A DNA stretch of 59,170 nucleotides from an uncultured virus (IMG/VR IMGVR_UViG_3300025736_000009) (lineage: Duplodnaviria > Heunggongvirae > Uroviricota > Caudoviricetes), in IMG/VR virus record IMGVR_UViG_3300025736_000009; one strand, written 5' to 3'. The position numbers were made by a program, and so were the translations under genes. Under the pieces are notes generated by a model. That model searched no databases, was not told the origin of the DNA, and worked only from the letters and a program-made list of their open reading frames with translations. Below are positions 58,679 to 59,170 of this stretch, in pieces. Each line of letters begins with the position of its first letter. The first letter of the stretch is position 1.

Positions 58679-58999
58679 ATGTTAGATATTGGATATTGTT
58701 TCTTTTCAGCACATGATAACAATGGAACACCTATAGATAATATAACAATACAATGTGCATCAAATCTATTAACAACAGGAATAAGAGGAAATGCTCCAAT
58801 AATAGAAATGGAGCCAGGTACATATAACTATACAGCAACAAAAAAAGGATTTAAAGACTCACGGGGGTGTATTACTGTCTATCATTCATCTGCAACAATA
58901 ATAGATATTAAGTTAGACCAAGAAATAAAAATAAACGCAAACTCATTTGCAAACATATCTGTAGTACAAGCAAGCTCTAAAATGGATATTATTTACTAG
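58679..58999 (+). CDS. Carboxypeptidase-regulatory/PEGA-like beta-sandwich protein
   Basis: AAGGAG SD before ATG 58679; DNNGTPIDNITI..GN..EMEPGTYNYTATKKGF. Confidence 0.7.
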   Translation: MLDIGYCFFSAHDNNGTPIDNITIQCASNLLTTGIRGNAPIIEMEPGTYNYTATKKGFKDSRGCITVYHSSATIIDIKLDQEIKINANSFANISVVQASSKMDIIY

Positions 59000-59025
59000 A
59001 AAAAATTATAGAAATATACTATAAT
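58997..59025 (+). promoter_or_regulatory. Sigma70/sigmaA-type promoter
   Basis: TAGAAA-N17-TATAAT followed by AAGGAGG. Confidence 0.65.
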
Positions 59026-59053
59026 ATAGAAAGAAGGAGGATAGTAAAGACTA

Positions 59054-59170
59054 ATGAATACAACTAGTAACTCTATTTTATTTCTAGATGATGATGTAAC
59101 AAGAGGGGATATATTCTTAAAACAATATCCAAATGCTACATGGGTAAAGACTGCTCAAGAATGTATAGAT
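59054..59170 (+). CDS. 3'-truncated cyclic-phosphate-processing receiver (cREC-like) domain protein
   Basis: MNTTSNSILFLDDDVTRGDIFLKQYPNATWVKTAQECID matches the LFLDD..W..V.T..E.I start of this family; only 39 codons visible. Confidence 0.65.
   Translation, partial: MNTTSNSILFLDDDVTRGDIFLKQYPNATWVKTAQECID

Larger units (their letters stand above)
1..59170 (+). mobile_element. Segment of a large tailed (myovirus-like) phage genome
   Basis: Densely packed co-oriented genes; baseplate J, gp25 and spike OB-fold homologues; phage-type PolA without a 5'-3' exonuclease domain; inteins; a lone tRNA; no cellular housekeeping operons. Confidence 0.93.

Noticed and set aside
1..59170. CRISPR array, stop-codon reassignment, integrase, capsid/terminase/sheath genes
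   Set aside because: No spaced direct repeats were seen; genes up to 7 kb are uninterrupted in the standard code with TAA and TAG both used as stops; no motifs for those proteins were recognised in this window

Overview
This is a 59-kb segment of a large, AT-rich, probably contractile-tailed bacteriophage genome. Every credible gene is on the + strand, and the coding strand is strongly A-rich. The window opens with the 3' end of a giant intein-containing protein carrying an SNase-like fold. An accessory block follows: HTH-metallophosphoesterase, GT9-like protein, ClpP-like protease, Amidase_3 and Zn-ribbon mini-proteins. Next come a 1786-aa protein with a DEDDh exonuclease domain and a family A DNA polymerase interrupted by a LAGLIDADG intein at motif A. 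About 37 kb is a tail/baseplate module: a 2367-aa hub-like protein with SLT and CHAP-like domains, a split spike, gp25, baseplate J, duplicated wedge-like proteins, several fibres sharing an N-terminal anchor and four paralogous structural proteins. The end holds tRNA-Asn(GTT), a GHL15-like glycoside hydrolase-type protein and the start of a cyclic-phosphate-processing receiver protein. Best leads: (1) giant membrane-inserting proteins with captured nuclease domains and similar C-termini, possibly an injected cargo system; (2) a GT4-SEC-C glycosyltransferase inside the baseplate operon, possibly for virion glycosylation; (3) a tail spike with a recently acquired GC-rich module preceded by stubs of earlier modules. 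All assignments come from motif recognition by eye; no searches were run.
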